In this document: piece after piece, positions 1 to 11,515 of the stretch
Layout: every line of letters starts with the position of its first letter
How positions within the stretch are numbered: position 1 is the first letter of the stretch
Assembly: GCA_002189035.1 (NCBI GenBank)
Contig: NEEC01000013.1
Coordinates: 1,116,001-1,180,000 of the forward strand
From: Utricularia gibba
Taxonomy: Eukaryota; Plantae; Magnoliophyta
Direction: 5' to 3'
Length of the DNA: 64,000 nt
The notes under the pieces: generated by a model
Database searches by the model: none
What the model was told of the DNA's origin: nothing
What the model saw: only the letters and a program-made list of their open reading frames with translations
Translations under genes and position numbers: made by a program

Positions 1-5
1 AGCTT

Positions 6-862
6 CTACAAGAACTTCTCTATGGAGGTTGTTAATGTGGACTCGGGGACTGCACCGATCACAGCATCTTTCTTCTCCCCATTCTTGAAAATTATCACAG
101 TGGGAATGCTTCGGATCCCATACTGCGTTGCAATAGAGGGGCTTTCATCAGTATTGACTTTGTAGCATTTGAGCTTACCAGCATACTGCTTGGCCAATTT
201 GTCAATGACAGGATGGATTATGCGACAAGGGCCACACCATGGTGCCCAAAATTCAACCAAAACAGGTGAGTCGGACTTGAGAACAAGAGATTCCCAAGTT
301 GAATCACTAACAGCAGCCACTGCAATGCAGGATTTGAATTAGCAAACGAAGAGTTGTTGCAACTGATGAACTGAAGGATACATAAACATAAACATCGTTA
401 CGAAGAGCGCCTCAGATAAGGACATCAAATATATCCTACGCATTCTGCTCCAACAAGCCAGACAATTTTAAGTGTGCATAAACGAGCCACCAAATAAGAC
501 ACTAGCAATTGTGACATTGAGAATACAAAATCTGACTAGAGGAAATTTAGCCCTACCAAAGACGTATTTCAGGATCTGTTAACACAATCCATCGCATGAT
601 CAACTAAAAACCACCTCAACCGGATTCCATTATCAAAAGAGGTACCTTCGAGAGCAGCTTCCTGAGCCTCGCAGACAATCCTACTACCGCCACGGCCGAG
701 CTTCTTGCTCGAAGTCAGCTTCACCGAGGAGCGAGCCGGCCGGACCTTGAGTCCTCCAAAGTTAGAGAATCCGACGGTGCTAGATACAGCTACCGGAGAG
801 AAGGCGACAGCCGGGAGCGCGGTAGCGCGAGGGAGTCCAAGCGTTTCGAGCACAGCAGCCAT
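6..862 (-). CDS. TRXm: Chloroplast thioredoxin m-type; exons 646-862 and 6-319
   Basis: WCGPC active site in [10 protein letters not shown]; Ser/Ala/Arg-rich transit peptide starting MAAVLETL (ATG at 862); GT donor at 645-644 and AG acceptor at 321-320 join in frame; TAG at 6-8. Confidence 0.95.
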
Positions 863-971
863 GGCGGAGACGAGGGGAAAAAGCTGGAGTTCAGCGGTTG
901 GCTCTGGTGAATACAATCCATAAAAGCTAACCCATTTTTTGTGTGGCTCCCAATGCGGAACGCGAATCGAT

Positions 972-1042
972 CACGTGGGCCCACATGATCTCTCCGATTT
1001 GGGCTTCAATTCATACGGCCCATTTCATTTTTACTCGGCCCA
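972..1042. promoter_or_regulatory. Site II (TGGGCY) cluster plus G-box in the short divergent promoter between TRXm and DCP2
   Basis: CACGTG at 972-977, TGGGCC 976-981, TGGGCT 1000-1005, GGCCCA 1017-1022 and 1037-1042, all within the 358 bp between the two start codons. Confidence 0.55.
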
Positions 1043-1220
1043 AGTCTGAGATATTCTACTACCGACTGAGTTCTTAATTGCCATGCCGCACATCATCTAA
1101 CGCCCTACACTCGGTACTCGGTGTTTGCAAGGCCTTTTTTCACCCGATCTTATTTCAGCTTTGTGGGTTTTTGATTTTGTAGCAATCTTGTTGACTTCGG
1201 CAACTTGTGGATTTAGAAGG

Positions 1221-3175
1221 ATGTCTGGGGGTGGGGTAAATCGGCCGTTTAGTACTACTTCCAAGAACACTCTGCCGCCACAGGAGCTACTAGACGATCT
1301 TTGCAGGTCCTACCTAATTCATTGAGTCAAAATAATGTTGGATTAAATGCCCCATTTCACATAGTTAATGATTTTCAGCAGATTACAAGTTTTTTCTTCA
1401 TGGATTTGGTTCCACGGTTTTGATGAACACAAAATTTCGAAATGTTAGTTTTCTTCACTTTGTTGCCTTGTAGCAAATGCATTCTATGGTATATGATGCG
1501 ATTCTTTTAGTGTACTGCATGAATATTTTATATGTGCTTTTTCGTATATGATCCTTGGTTATGCCAACATATTCCTTTTTTTTTTTTTTTTTTGCAGCCG
1601 TTTTGTTCTGAATGTGCCAATGGAAGACAAACAGTCCTTTGAGAGAATCTTGTTCCTTGTTGAATATGCACATTGGTTTTATGAAGATAACTCTGTCGAA
1701 AAGGATCCATCATTGAAGTCATTAACGTTAAAAGAATTCACTTCTTTATGTATCCTCACTCTTGGTTGTTTTGTTCACAAGTCTATTCCCTTTTTCATTT
1801 GTACATTTGAGTTCGCCATATGTTTTCAATATTTATGTTCTCACTCACATAATATGATTTTCACGCGTTATTGTATGATATTTTTGTTCCCCTTAACATG
1901 TCAGTATTTAATAACTGTGATGTTTTAAAGCCATATGTCCCTCACATAGATGACATATTTAAGGACTTCACATCCTACAAGGTGCGGGTTCCCGTTACTG
2001 GAGCGATTATACTTGATGAAACATATGAAAGAGTGAGTTTCTGGGGCGACTGCTAGATTTTTCCAGAAAATATGTTAATCCTTTATGATGACATTATTGA
2101 AATCATTATTGAAATACTGAAACATTGTCGACAGTGCTTGCTCGTAAAGGGATGGAAAGGGACAAGTTGGAGCTTTCCTAGAGGGAAAAAGAACAAGGAT
2201 GAGGAGGATTACACTTGTGCCATTAGAGAAGTATAAATACTTTCATCTTGTGTTATGTTTGTGATTCTGTTCGCCAAACTTCTCATGAAGTACCTTGTTT
2301 TGCATCCATTGTTCTCTTTCAAGGAAAATAATAATTGCGTTATCCTGCCGTAGGTGTTGGAAGAAACAGGTTTTGATGTTTCCAAAATTCTTGATAAAGA
2401 TGATTACATTGAGATGATTTTTGGGCAGCAGAGAGTTAGATTGTACATCGTTGGTGGAGTGAAAGATGATACTTCTTTTGCCCCTCTTACTAAAAAGGAG
2501 ATAAGTGTGCGTAATTTTATTTTGAAGCAAAAGTGGCTTCTTTTCTACTATTCCAAGATATTTAGTACTTTCTTTGTGAATCTTGTCTTTGATGTCTTTA
2601 CTTGTTTTTTTCTCTATTGCTATTCTATAGGAAATTGCTTGGTTTCGGCTTGACGAGTTTCATCCTTCTAATGATCATGTCATATCTCGGGGGTCACTGG
2701 TCTCAAGCTTTATATGGTTGCTCCATTCTTGAGGTGAGTATATGACCTTCACGTTGTTTTCTATAGAAATGTAGTCAACGGTTGAAGGTTTTGAAGTGTT
2801 ATGTAGCTCTCTAAAAGTTTGGATTTCAACTCATTCTCCTCCGAGGGCAGCTAGGTCAGATAGACCTTCAAAAGGTATTCTCTTTTCTTCATGCTAATTC
2901 CAACGCAAATAACATTTATAGAAGTTGTATGATTGTTATCTGTCAACTACTATAAGCATTATCTTACAATTTGTATCTCACACGAAGGATTCACTGTTTG
3001 GAAGGCGAAAAGTGGTTCTGGGGATAGCAGCTTAAACATCATTGAGATCAACCAGTCATCTAAAACAGTGGCTGAAATAAATCTTGTTGACACAAGGCCT
3101 GGGAGGAGCTTCAGAAACTTCCATTTTGATAGGGATCCCATCTTGCAAGCTCTAGATAGTGCATTCTCTATTTAA
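1221..3175 (+). CDS. DCP2: mRNA decapping enzyme subunit 2 (Nudix hydrolase), multi-exon
   Basis: Spliced translation gives Box A ([16 protein letters not shown]...AHWFYEDN) and the Nudix box [23 protein letters not shown]; ATG 1221, TAA 3173-3175. Confidence 0.95.
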
Positions 3176-3626
3176 ATGGGTAGATGAAGTGATTGAAAAC
3201 AATTTAGCTGTCACAGTTGCTCACATGATCTTTTGCAGGGTTGTATATTCTGTTGTGCTTGAAGAGATAGTTTAGATTTCAACACTTTTTGAAGTGATTC
3301 AATAAGATGGTTTCGATTAGGATAGAATGAGGATCAAACCCATTCAAATTTTTATGCCTAATTTCATGTTCATGCTAAAAGAAAAGAATTTAGTAACAAA
3401 GTTGAAGGTCACGGAAGATTTAGAAAATGAAATTGAAATAGAAGCCCTTTTCTTTTTGTCCATTGGTAGGCGCATCTCAGCGTACTTTCAATTTGACAAA
3501 GCATTGTTTTTTGTTTTAACGAAAAGAAGTGCCCGAAGGATCAAAAAGCAATGGAAGTTCTTTTGCCTTATTATGTGATTAGATAATTAAATGTGAGATA
3601 TTTAGATGTAGTTTTTGATTTTTCTT

Positions 3627-4200
3627 TGCAAATAAATGAAGTTAATTTGAGAAATGTTCATCTTTCTTTATTAAAATTTGTGAAATAGATGATGTTTTAA
3701 TTTTAATTTATAAAATAGATAAGGTTCGATATATTTATTATAATATATTTTAATTAAGTTCATAAAAATATTTTACTCTAATTTAAATTTTTAACGAGTT
3801 GATATATTTATTATACTATAGTTTTTGTAACGAATTTTGTGTTGTTTTATTTTATTAATCATGTAAGATTATGTAAATAAAAAATGGATCATTTATTACA
3901 ATGTAGAATTATGTGAATAAAAAAATTAAAATTAATAAATTGAGGTATTTTACAAATTATTCTAAACTAAAATAAATTAAAATAATATATACGATAAAAT
4001 ATGAAATGAGTCACATATAATGATAAAAAAATAAATATATATTTTTTACATTATTATTTATTCATAAAACATTAAATATGTTAACTATATCATTTTCAAA
4101 AATTCAAAACAAATAAAATCAAATATCATCTATTTTACACATAAAATTTAAAATATTGTCTATTTAACCAACCTTTTCCCAACCTCATCTATTTTGCAAA
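3627..4200. repeat. Degenerate AT-rich foldback remnant (possible old MITE)
   Basis: AAAATAGATGA-like motifs at about 3627-3725 face inverted copies (TCATCTATTTT) at about 4125-4200; no clear termini or target-site duplication. Confidence 0.3.
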
Positions 4201-4406
4201 TATAAATATATAAGTACATTTACATACCCATCGGACCCGTTGAACATGAACCTAAATCTTGTGTTAAATTCCAACAGCTCCCATCAGATTGACATGCTGT
4301 TACGCTTTAAAGTTGGTGTTTGGATGGTACCTACATCTAAAAGAGACAACATGCGTTGTTGGGGTGTAGTAAAAATTGCATCTTTTGATGCCTTCTAAAC
4401 TTTTAA

Positions 4407-4800
4407 GATGGTGTTTAGTAATTGACTTAATATTTTGAGTACATGATTTAAGATAAAATGTATTTTATGGTTTTAGATTTAAAACATATTTGATAGATGG
4501 ATTTAGATATGTTATATTTTGTAATAAATATATTTTGAGTTGTGTTTTTAATTGATTAGTTTTATATTTATTTTGAAATAAAGAAGGAATAAAGTTATAT
4601 TGGGAATAAATATTTGATTTAATATAAAATATAGTATCTATTCAGTTTTCGATAAACCATTATATGCAGTTTTAATTTATTTTAAAATATTTTTAAACTA
4701 TACTTCAAAATCACCATTAAATTAAAACTTCCTATCAAAACACATATCTAAAATAAAATACACTTCAAAATTACTATTAAATCATCTACCAAACACCATC
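4407..4800. mobile_element. Tourist-like (PIF/Harbinger) MITE, 394 bp
   Basis: Left end GATGGTGTTTAGTA matches the reverse complement of the right end TACCAAACACCATC at 13/14 positions; TAA flanks both sides (4404-4406, 4801-4803); interior is AT-rich and non-coding. Confidence 0.8.
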
Positions 4801-5338
4801 TAAACTCTTAATCCTAAACCATAAATTTTTAAAATTACATTATTAAAATTATCTATCAAGAGCATTCAAAGAGATAGGATGGTGAATGTTGAATGGGAGA
4901 GCAGCAGCCCGGGATGCTCAATGACTCCAGAAGCACAGACGGGAAAACAACCGGAACATTCATGGATACTTGAAATAATCGATTTGGGGCGGCGCGTTGG
5001 AGGAATCGAATACATGACAAGAATGCTAAGCTTCTGCCGATCAAGGATCAGGCAGCATGGGAAATGAAGAAGCAGTGCCCTGTTCGAATAAGATGACCAG
5101 AACGAACAGATCGTTATATTGCTTGCCGCCTCATAAACGCCCTTATCACAATGAACCAACCAAATGCTTTTTCAACAAAATTTACTGCAGAAACAGAAAC
5201 AGATCAACTAAGTTAGTCGAAAACTGTAACTTATTGCTGTACAAGGTGATCTGGAAAGGGAAATGTCGCACTTGTTTGCAAAACGAATAGGGTAGAACAT
5301 GTGCAAAGAACAAACTTCATTCATAATGCTCAGCAGCA

Positions 5339-5773
5339 TCAATCATATTTCTCCCTCCATGAGTACACCAGAAAAAATACCCAGGAAAGTCCTAGAACCA
5401 TATCCCCAAGCACAAGCCTCAGCCAATCATGGCCCAAGTCTTCAACCTTTCTCTCAAAGTAGATTCTCCAGATGGCCATTGTGATGTGAAGAACAACACA
5501 GCCTCTGGCAAAGAAGTTGTGAAAATCCTTGTCCTTCACAAAAGCCACCATGAACAAGAGAAAGCCAATTGCAAATAAAAGCAACCCGGAAAATGAATCA
5601 GATGTTTGAATCAACAGCTGATCATGAGGAGTTGAGCCCAAAAGCTTACTCGCATGATCTTTCCCATGGCTGAAAACAAGAATCTCATCTCTGCAGAACA
5701 TCAGGAGGGATCCACAGGTTACGGCGACGGCAGAGTGGAGAGTGCAGATCAAGAAAAAAACAGGGGAAGCCAT
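5339..5773 (-). CDS. Conserved plant multi-pass membrane protein of unknown function (At3g15358/At1g53035-like), 144 aa, no CDS intron
   Basis: Hydrophobic segments; recognisable motifs LLGSTPHDQLLIQTSDSFSGLLLFAIGFLLFMV and the C-terminal WVFFLVYSWREKYD; ATG at 5773. Confidence 0.85.
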   Translation of the reverse strand: MASPVFFLICTLHSAVAVTCGSLLMFCRDEILVFSHGKDHASKLLGSTPHDQLLIQTSDSFSGLLLFAIGFLLFMVAFVKDKDFHNFFARGCVVLHITMAIWRIYFERKVEDLGHDWLRLVLGDMVLGLSWVFFLVYSWREKYD

Positions 5774-7686
5774 GGAAATCGATTCCGTGTTAAGCGTCGA
5801 TCGCAATTCAACTTAGGTTTCGAAGACAACCCATATGAACCCTGATGACAATTCGGATCAAGACGAAAATACGATACCAGATGAGCCAATGATTCTGCTT
5901 ACGGCAGAATCAAAAAATAAGGGAAAAGCTATAAACATTTCCTTGCGAAAGCCAGATCTTGAATCTAAAATACCTCCAAAGCCTAGATTTTGAGGATTCT
6001 AATCGCGGAAGGCTATCGACGAATCAAGGGAGACTCATATCCTGTTGCAATTAGGAGAATTCCCAGAAAGGGAAGCGAGCAAAGCGTTAATAAGCGATAC
6101 TCCTTCACTAACAACTGAGAAATCCAAATCCAAACCTACCCACAGAAAAATATCCAAATCGAAGATGGAATCTAAAACATGACCGACGTCAAGTGGACTT
6201 TTTCTTTTCTTTAGATATTTATCCAAAGCCACAGTTGTGGCCTTTTCCATGTACCCCATTCCCAATCAGTTTTCTTCTTTTCCTCTGTCTAATTGTTTTC
6301 AGTGATAATGTGGAGACATCTTAGTGCAGTCATCATCGATCATTACCATCTCTACACACAGCAATATCCTTTTCTCAATTCAAAAAACCCCCTTTCCCCC
6401 AAAAACTAAAGTCCACGTAGCAATAGATCAGCATGAACACCATCCAGATCCAAAAAAGAATCGAACTTTATGTTATTTTCCGAAACCCTAAAACCCCTCG
6501 AAGGAGAGGAGCGATGCCTCCGGTCGGTGCACAGTTTGCCCACCAAACCGACCGAGCAGGGTCCGGCATCAAGCATGGGCTGGGCTCCATTGTCCAGACC
6601 ACCCAATAGCACACAACCACCACACTTACATCCATTTAAATGAGTGTTTCTCTAAGATCAAAAGAGGGTTCGAGCATGTTCTTCTATGTCACAATTAACT
6701 GCTGCAAATCACAATCTTTCTGTACCAAGGTTTTTACGTCGACGGTCATCTTTGACTATTCATAAGTAAAATTGATCATCGGAATGAAATACCGTTTTTT
6801 TTTCATCTGTAAGGCACATTTTTCCCCCAGTTCTAAGAATCACAGCCTTCTGACTACGGGACACAGGTGACAAATGCAATACTTTCATGGATGTTGTTTT
6901 TTTGTAAACGAGGGGCAGGGGTGAATGCCTGGGAAGATCAGAACAGTGAAAGCTGTCTGGACTCCAGCTACAGCGCATCCCCTTCCTCCGAAACCTCGCT
7001 GTCAAATCACCGAATTTTCGAGAGCGGATCGCATTTGTGCGTGGAGGGAGAGGAGGTAATGGAGGAAGAAGTTCTTGAGTTGAATGTTTCCAAAGATTAA
7101 ACCCACAAAAAAAAAACACACTATTTGGGTTTCTGGGGCTGCTCCAACTTGTCTTCTCACAGCCAACCAAATGAAAAAAGTTGATACGTTTTCCCAAACA
7201 GTTATAAATACTCGAACCTCCTAGCATTAATGGTATTGGAAGAGAGGTATAAGGTATAAGCTAGGTACCCGTTCGCCTTTTTCTGTTGCACGATTTCTAC
7301 ATGGCGAACGGTCTAGCATCCGAGATCTGTCCATATCAGAGTACGATGTGGGGTGTGGCAATGCAATGCTGTCCCTGGTAATGCTCGCCAAACTCTTGCC
7401 GTTATGTTTCTGGGATTTAGCATTTTTTTGGTGAAAAGGTCACTTTTTGTGACTTTTCGTAAGTGGGGAGCTGGGTCATGGTTGGGAAATTGAAACAAGT
7501 GTATGTAGTTCGCGTCGATGTTTTTCCAGCGTGATCTGCGACTCGTATTTGGATTTTGCTGCTTCTGGTCTGATTATGCTGCGTATATGTTTTTTGGATG
7601 ACTTACTTGGAGGGAATGAATCAGGATGTGTTGTTGGTAGAAGAGAAGAGGGGATTGAGAATTGAAGTACTGATTTGTGTGGTGGG

Positions 7687-10557
7687 ATGGGGTGTGCTTG
7701 CTGTAAAGCAGTGGGCAGTGGCAACAAGAACTCTTCTACAGAGAGAGTATCGGAGAAAGCAGCATCTGAATTGCGGCCTTCAAGGGCAGTTTCCTCAAGA
7801 AGGGAGGAGAGTTATCGCCTGAAGGATCAATTAGACAGTAGCAGTAATAATGGGAGGGTGATACTGATAGATAAGCAAGTCAATGGTTCAGTACAACTAC
7901 TGGGAGAAAATACGGATAGGAAGAAAGAAAAGCCTGGTTATTCTTGGGGTATGCATCCCCCTGGTGTGTACATGATTCCTAGAGCAATGGAAGGGGAACA
8001 GGTTGCGGCTGGATGGCCATCTTGGTTGGCTGCTGTTGCTGGTGAAGCTATTGCAGGATGGCTGCCTAGAAGGGCAGAGTCCTTCGAGAAAATGGACAAG
8101 GTGCGACTCTTTTCAGCATTTGGTTTCCTGCCATCGGTTTCACATTCAGGAGCTTAAAAATGTTGCAACTCCATTCATTCTTTTTGTCCTTGTAAGATCT
8201 TTTATGAACTATGAACTGCTTGATACGGTGCTAATTCCCTTTCACTTCTACATTTTTAGATTGGTCAGGGAACTTATAGCAATGTATATCGTGCCCAAGA
8301 TCTTGATCAACGGAAGATTGTGGCTTTGAAGAAGGTACGGTTTGATAACCTTGAGCCTGAAAGTGTTCGCTTCATGGCCCGAGAAATCCATATTCTGCGA
8401 AGGCTCAACCATCCAAATGTAATCAAGTTGGAAGGCCTAGTTACCTCAAGAATGTCTTGTAGCCTTTACCTAGTCTTTGAATACATGGAACATGATTTGG
8501 CAGGACTTGCATCTCACCCTGGAATCAAGTTTACTGAAAGTCAGGTATCTCTGTTATTATTTTCCTAGTTCATAGAGGATATCACAAGGACAAAAACAAG
8601 TTAAAGAAATCAAATTGTTTCTTTGTTTCCAGGTTAAATGCTACATGAAGCAACTTCTACAAGGCCTTGATCATTGTCACAGTCGAGGTGTTCTCCATCG
8701 TGACATAAAAGGCTCCAATCTTCTAGTTGACAACAACGGGATCCTGAAAATTGCAGACTTTGGTCTTGCTAGTTTCTATGATCCTTGTCTGAATCATCCT
8801 CTTACAAGCCGTGTTGTCACTCTTTGGTACCGCCCCCCTGAGCTTTTACTTGGGGCAACTCTGTATAGCACTGCTGTTGATTTGTGGAGCACAGGCTGCA
8901 TCCTTGCCGAGTTATATGCTGGAAAACCTATTATGCCTGGAAGAACGGAGGTAGAAGCCATTTTGGCTTTTTTTTTTCTCTACACCGAACGCAGAAAACA
9001 AGCTTCCAATTTTCTGTCATGCGGGCATATCTTTAGACGTGATGCATTTGTAGGTTGAGCAGTTGCACAAGATTTTCAAACTCTGTGGATCACCTTCTGA
9101 GGATTACTGGAGAAAAGCGAAGCTGCCTCATGCAACAATTTTCAAGCCCCAACAGCCTTACAAGCGCCAACTTGCTGAAGTGTATAAAGATTTCCCGGCA
9201 CCAGCTCTGGCACTCGTAGAAACACTGCTGTCTATAGATCCTGCTGATCGTGGCTCTGCAGCTGCTGCTTTGAAAAGCAATGTAAGAAAGTGTTGTTGGA
9301 ACTTTTCACACCTTTTGTGACTCCCAGCGTTTACTTGTGACTTCGTTTCACTTTTGGATTTAGCAGAATACTGCTAAAATATTATAATCAACTGCATTGC
9401 TTCTATCTTCACAGTTCTTCACTACCAGACCACTACCTTGTGATCCTTCAAGCTTACCCGAGTATTCTCCAAGCAAGGAACTTGATGCCAAACTGCGAGA
9501 TGAAGAAGCAAGGAGGTGAATTCTCCAAGCAAGGAACTTGTGACTTTTATAAGAACTATGCTTATTATGGTTATCCAGATAATATGAATTTTTCCTTCCA
9601 ATGAAATCTGCAGGCAAGCAGCAGGTGGAATGAGAGGTGACAAGTTCGCCATTGAAAAACGAAGAAACAGAGAATCTCGTGCTGTTCCTGCGCCTGATGC
9701 CAATGCAGAACTAATGTCATCAATGAAGGTCACCTCGATGTCCTGATAAACTTTTCTGTATGCAGTAATCTCGCAGGTGTCTACTTCTAACTCTTGGCAT
9801 CATCTCGGTTACACAGAAAAGGCAGGCCGAATCGAATTTTAAGAGCAGGAGTGAGGTGTTCAGTTCTCATCCTGAAGAAGTGGCTTCTGGTTTTCCAATT
9901 GACCCCCCTAGACCTTTACAGCCTATGGGAGATGCTAATGATGATCACCAGGGAAACGCCCACAAGAGGGCTTCTCATTCTGGGCCTTTGGTCGATAGAT
10001 CCACCTGGGCTAAATCCGGGAAGAACAAGGAGGATGCTCTTGCTTCAAAAAACCTGGATGTGACGGAGTTATCAGCCATGTCTGGTTTAGTAGCATCCAG
10101 AAGGAGCATGTTGTCTGAAGAAGACACGAAGAATTATCATTCTCAACAGGGTTCAAAACTTGTGTCTCGTTTTCAGAGATCATTAAAAGAGACTTCAAAT
10201 GCAACAACGAGGCAAGACAACCGAAACAGTCGGCAGCAGGAAGAAGAGAGGGCAACCATCAATCCTGCCCCTGTAAGTTGCCTTGAGGCTCGCTTATAAT
10301 ATTCGAGTGTTCTTTTCGGAGGTGGACTGACAGTTACTTTTTATCTCCGGCAGGGAAAAGGGTCGAAGAGCAGCAAAATCCACTACTCGGGGCCTTTGCT
10401 AGCTTCATCGGCCAAAATGGATCAGGTCCTGAAAGATCATGACCGCCAAATCCAAGAGGCGGTTCGACGCGCCCGGCTCGACAAGGAGAGACTTCGAAAG
10501 CAGCAGGTTTTCAAGAGCCAGTTGTCAATGAACACGTCATTCATTTCTGGGCGATGA
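7687..10557 (+). CDS. CDKC-like Ser/Thr protein kinase (At1g53050/At1g54610-type), multi-exon
   Basis: N-terminal MGCACCK acylation motif; VAAGWPSWL motif; ALKKVRFDNLEPESVRFMAREI, HRDIKGSNLL, DFG, VVTLWYRPPE; C-terminal IHYSGPL...RRARLD; TGA 10555-10557. Confidence 0.93.
9464..9540 (+). repeat. Exact 21-bp direct repeat spanning an exon-intron boundary
   Basis: ATTCTCCAAGCAAGGAACTTG occurs at 9464-9484 (exon) and 9520-9540 (just inside the intron whose GT is at 9516-9517). Confidence 0.9.
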
Positions 10558-11515
10558 TGCGTCCGGCCGGTGTGGCTCACCGGATAACCATGGCCATCTG
10601 GAGCAGATGCCCGTTACACTTTTACTGTGATTCTTTGAAAATCCATTATTTATTTGTCTTGTTCCATGGAGCGACTGTGTGAGAAGCCTGATGCGAATGA
10701 AAACTCCTGCCAAATTCCACTAGCCGCCACTGACATCGGCAAATTGCAGCCGACACCATGTGCCGGGATAGCGGTTTCTTCCCACTTGAAGAAGGTCCGT
10801 ACACTTCCCTTTGGAATATTTATGCAGTTCTTTAAATGTCAAATGGGAAAAGCGTTCGTGGCTGAGGATGGGCCACGTCGCCATTTCTCAGAATCCCGGG
10901 CGATCGGTGATGAAGCGTTTTGGTTTTTTGTTCAACAATGATACAAGACGGTAAACAGTGAAAGTCCGTCCTGAGATTGCTGCAGTATCATCACGATTCT
11001 GTATCTGTACTTCCGTTCTCGAGAGATATTACTTGAATGCTCTGTTATCGTCATTATTCTATATTTGTACTTGGGCGACATCTTGTTTTGTGACACCGCG
11101 GGATGGCTTTTGTGAAAAACGACAAAAGCTTTTGCTTTTGGCAAATCCGTTTGTGTGGCCAGTACTTCTCTCGCTAGCTGAGCCACTAGTTCTTAGTATC
11201 GGCCTTCTTCTGTTGTGAGCGTCTCTCTCCCTTCGAACTCTCAAACTGCCGAATCTGTGAAAGACGCTTCTTTTTCCTGCGATTCTATAGAGTTTGTATG
11301 ACCAAAAAGAAGAAGAGTTTCGTGGGCGCTGTGTGAAATTATCTTTTAGCTATTTGGGTGATCCTGGTTTTGGTTTGTTTTGAGATTCCCAGACGCGTAG
11401 TTGTGAAAGTGGTTTCTGCATTCCACTGACTTAATTACTGGATGCACAATGTCAGGAGAAAGGCCATTGTTTGATCACTTTTGGATTCATTAACTTTAGT
11501 GATCGCAGGGTGGTT

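Noticed and set aside
4860-5300. Several 60-97 aa ORFs right of the MITE
   Set aside because: No recognisable motifs; most simply the 3' region of the membrane-protein gene.
7343-7353. snRNA USE-like element (CCCACATCG, minus strand)
   Set aside because: No TATA box at the required spacing and no recognisable snRNA downstream.
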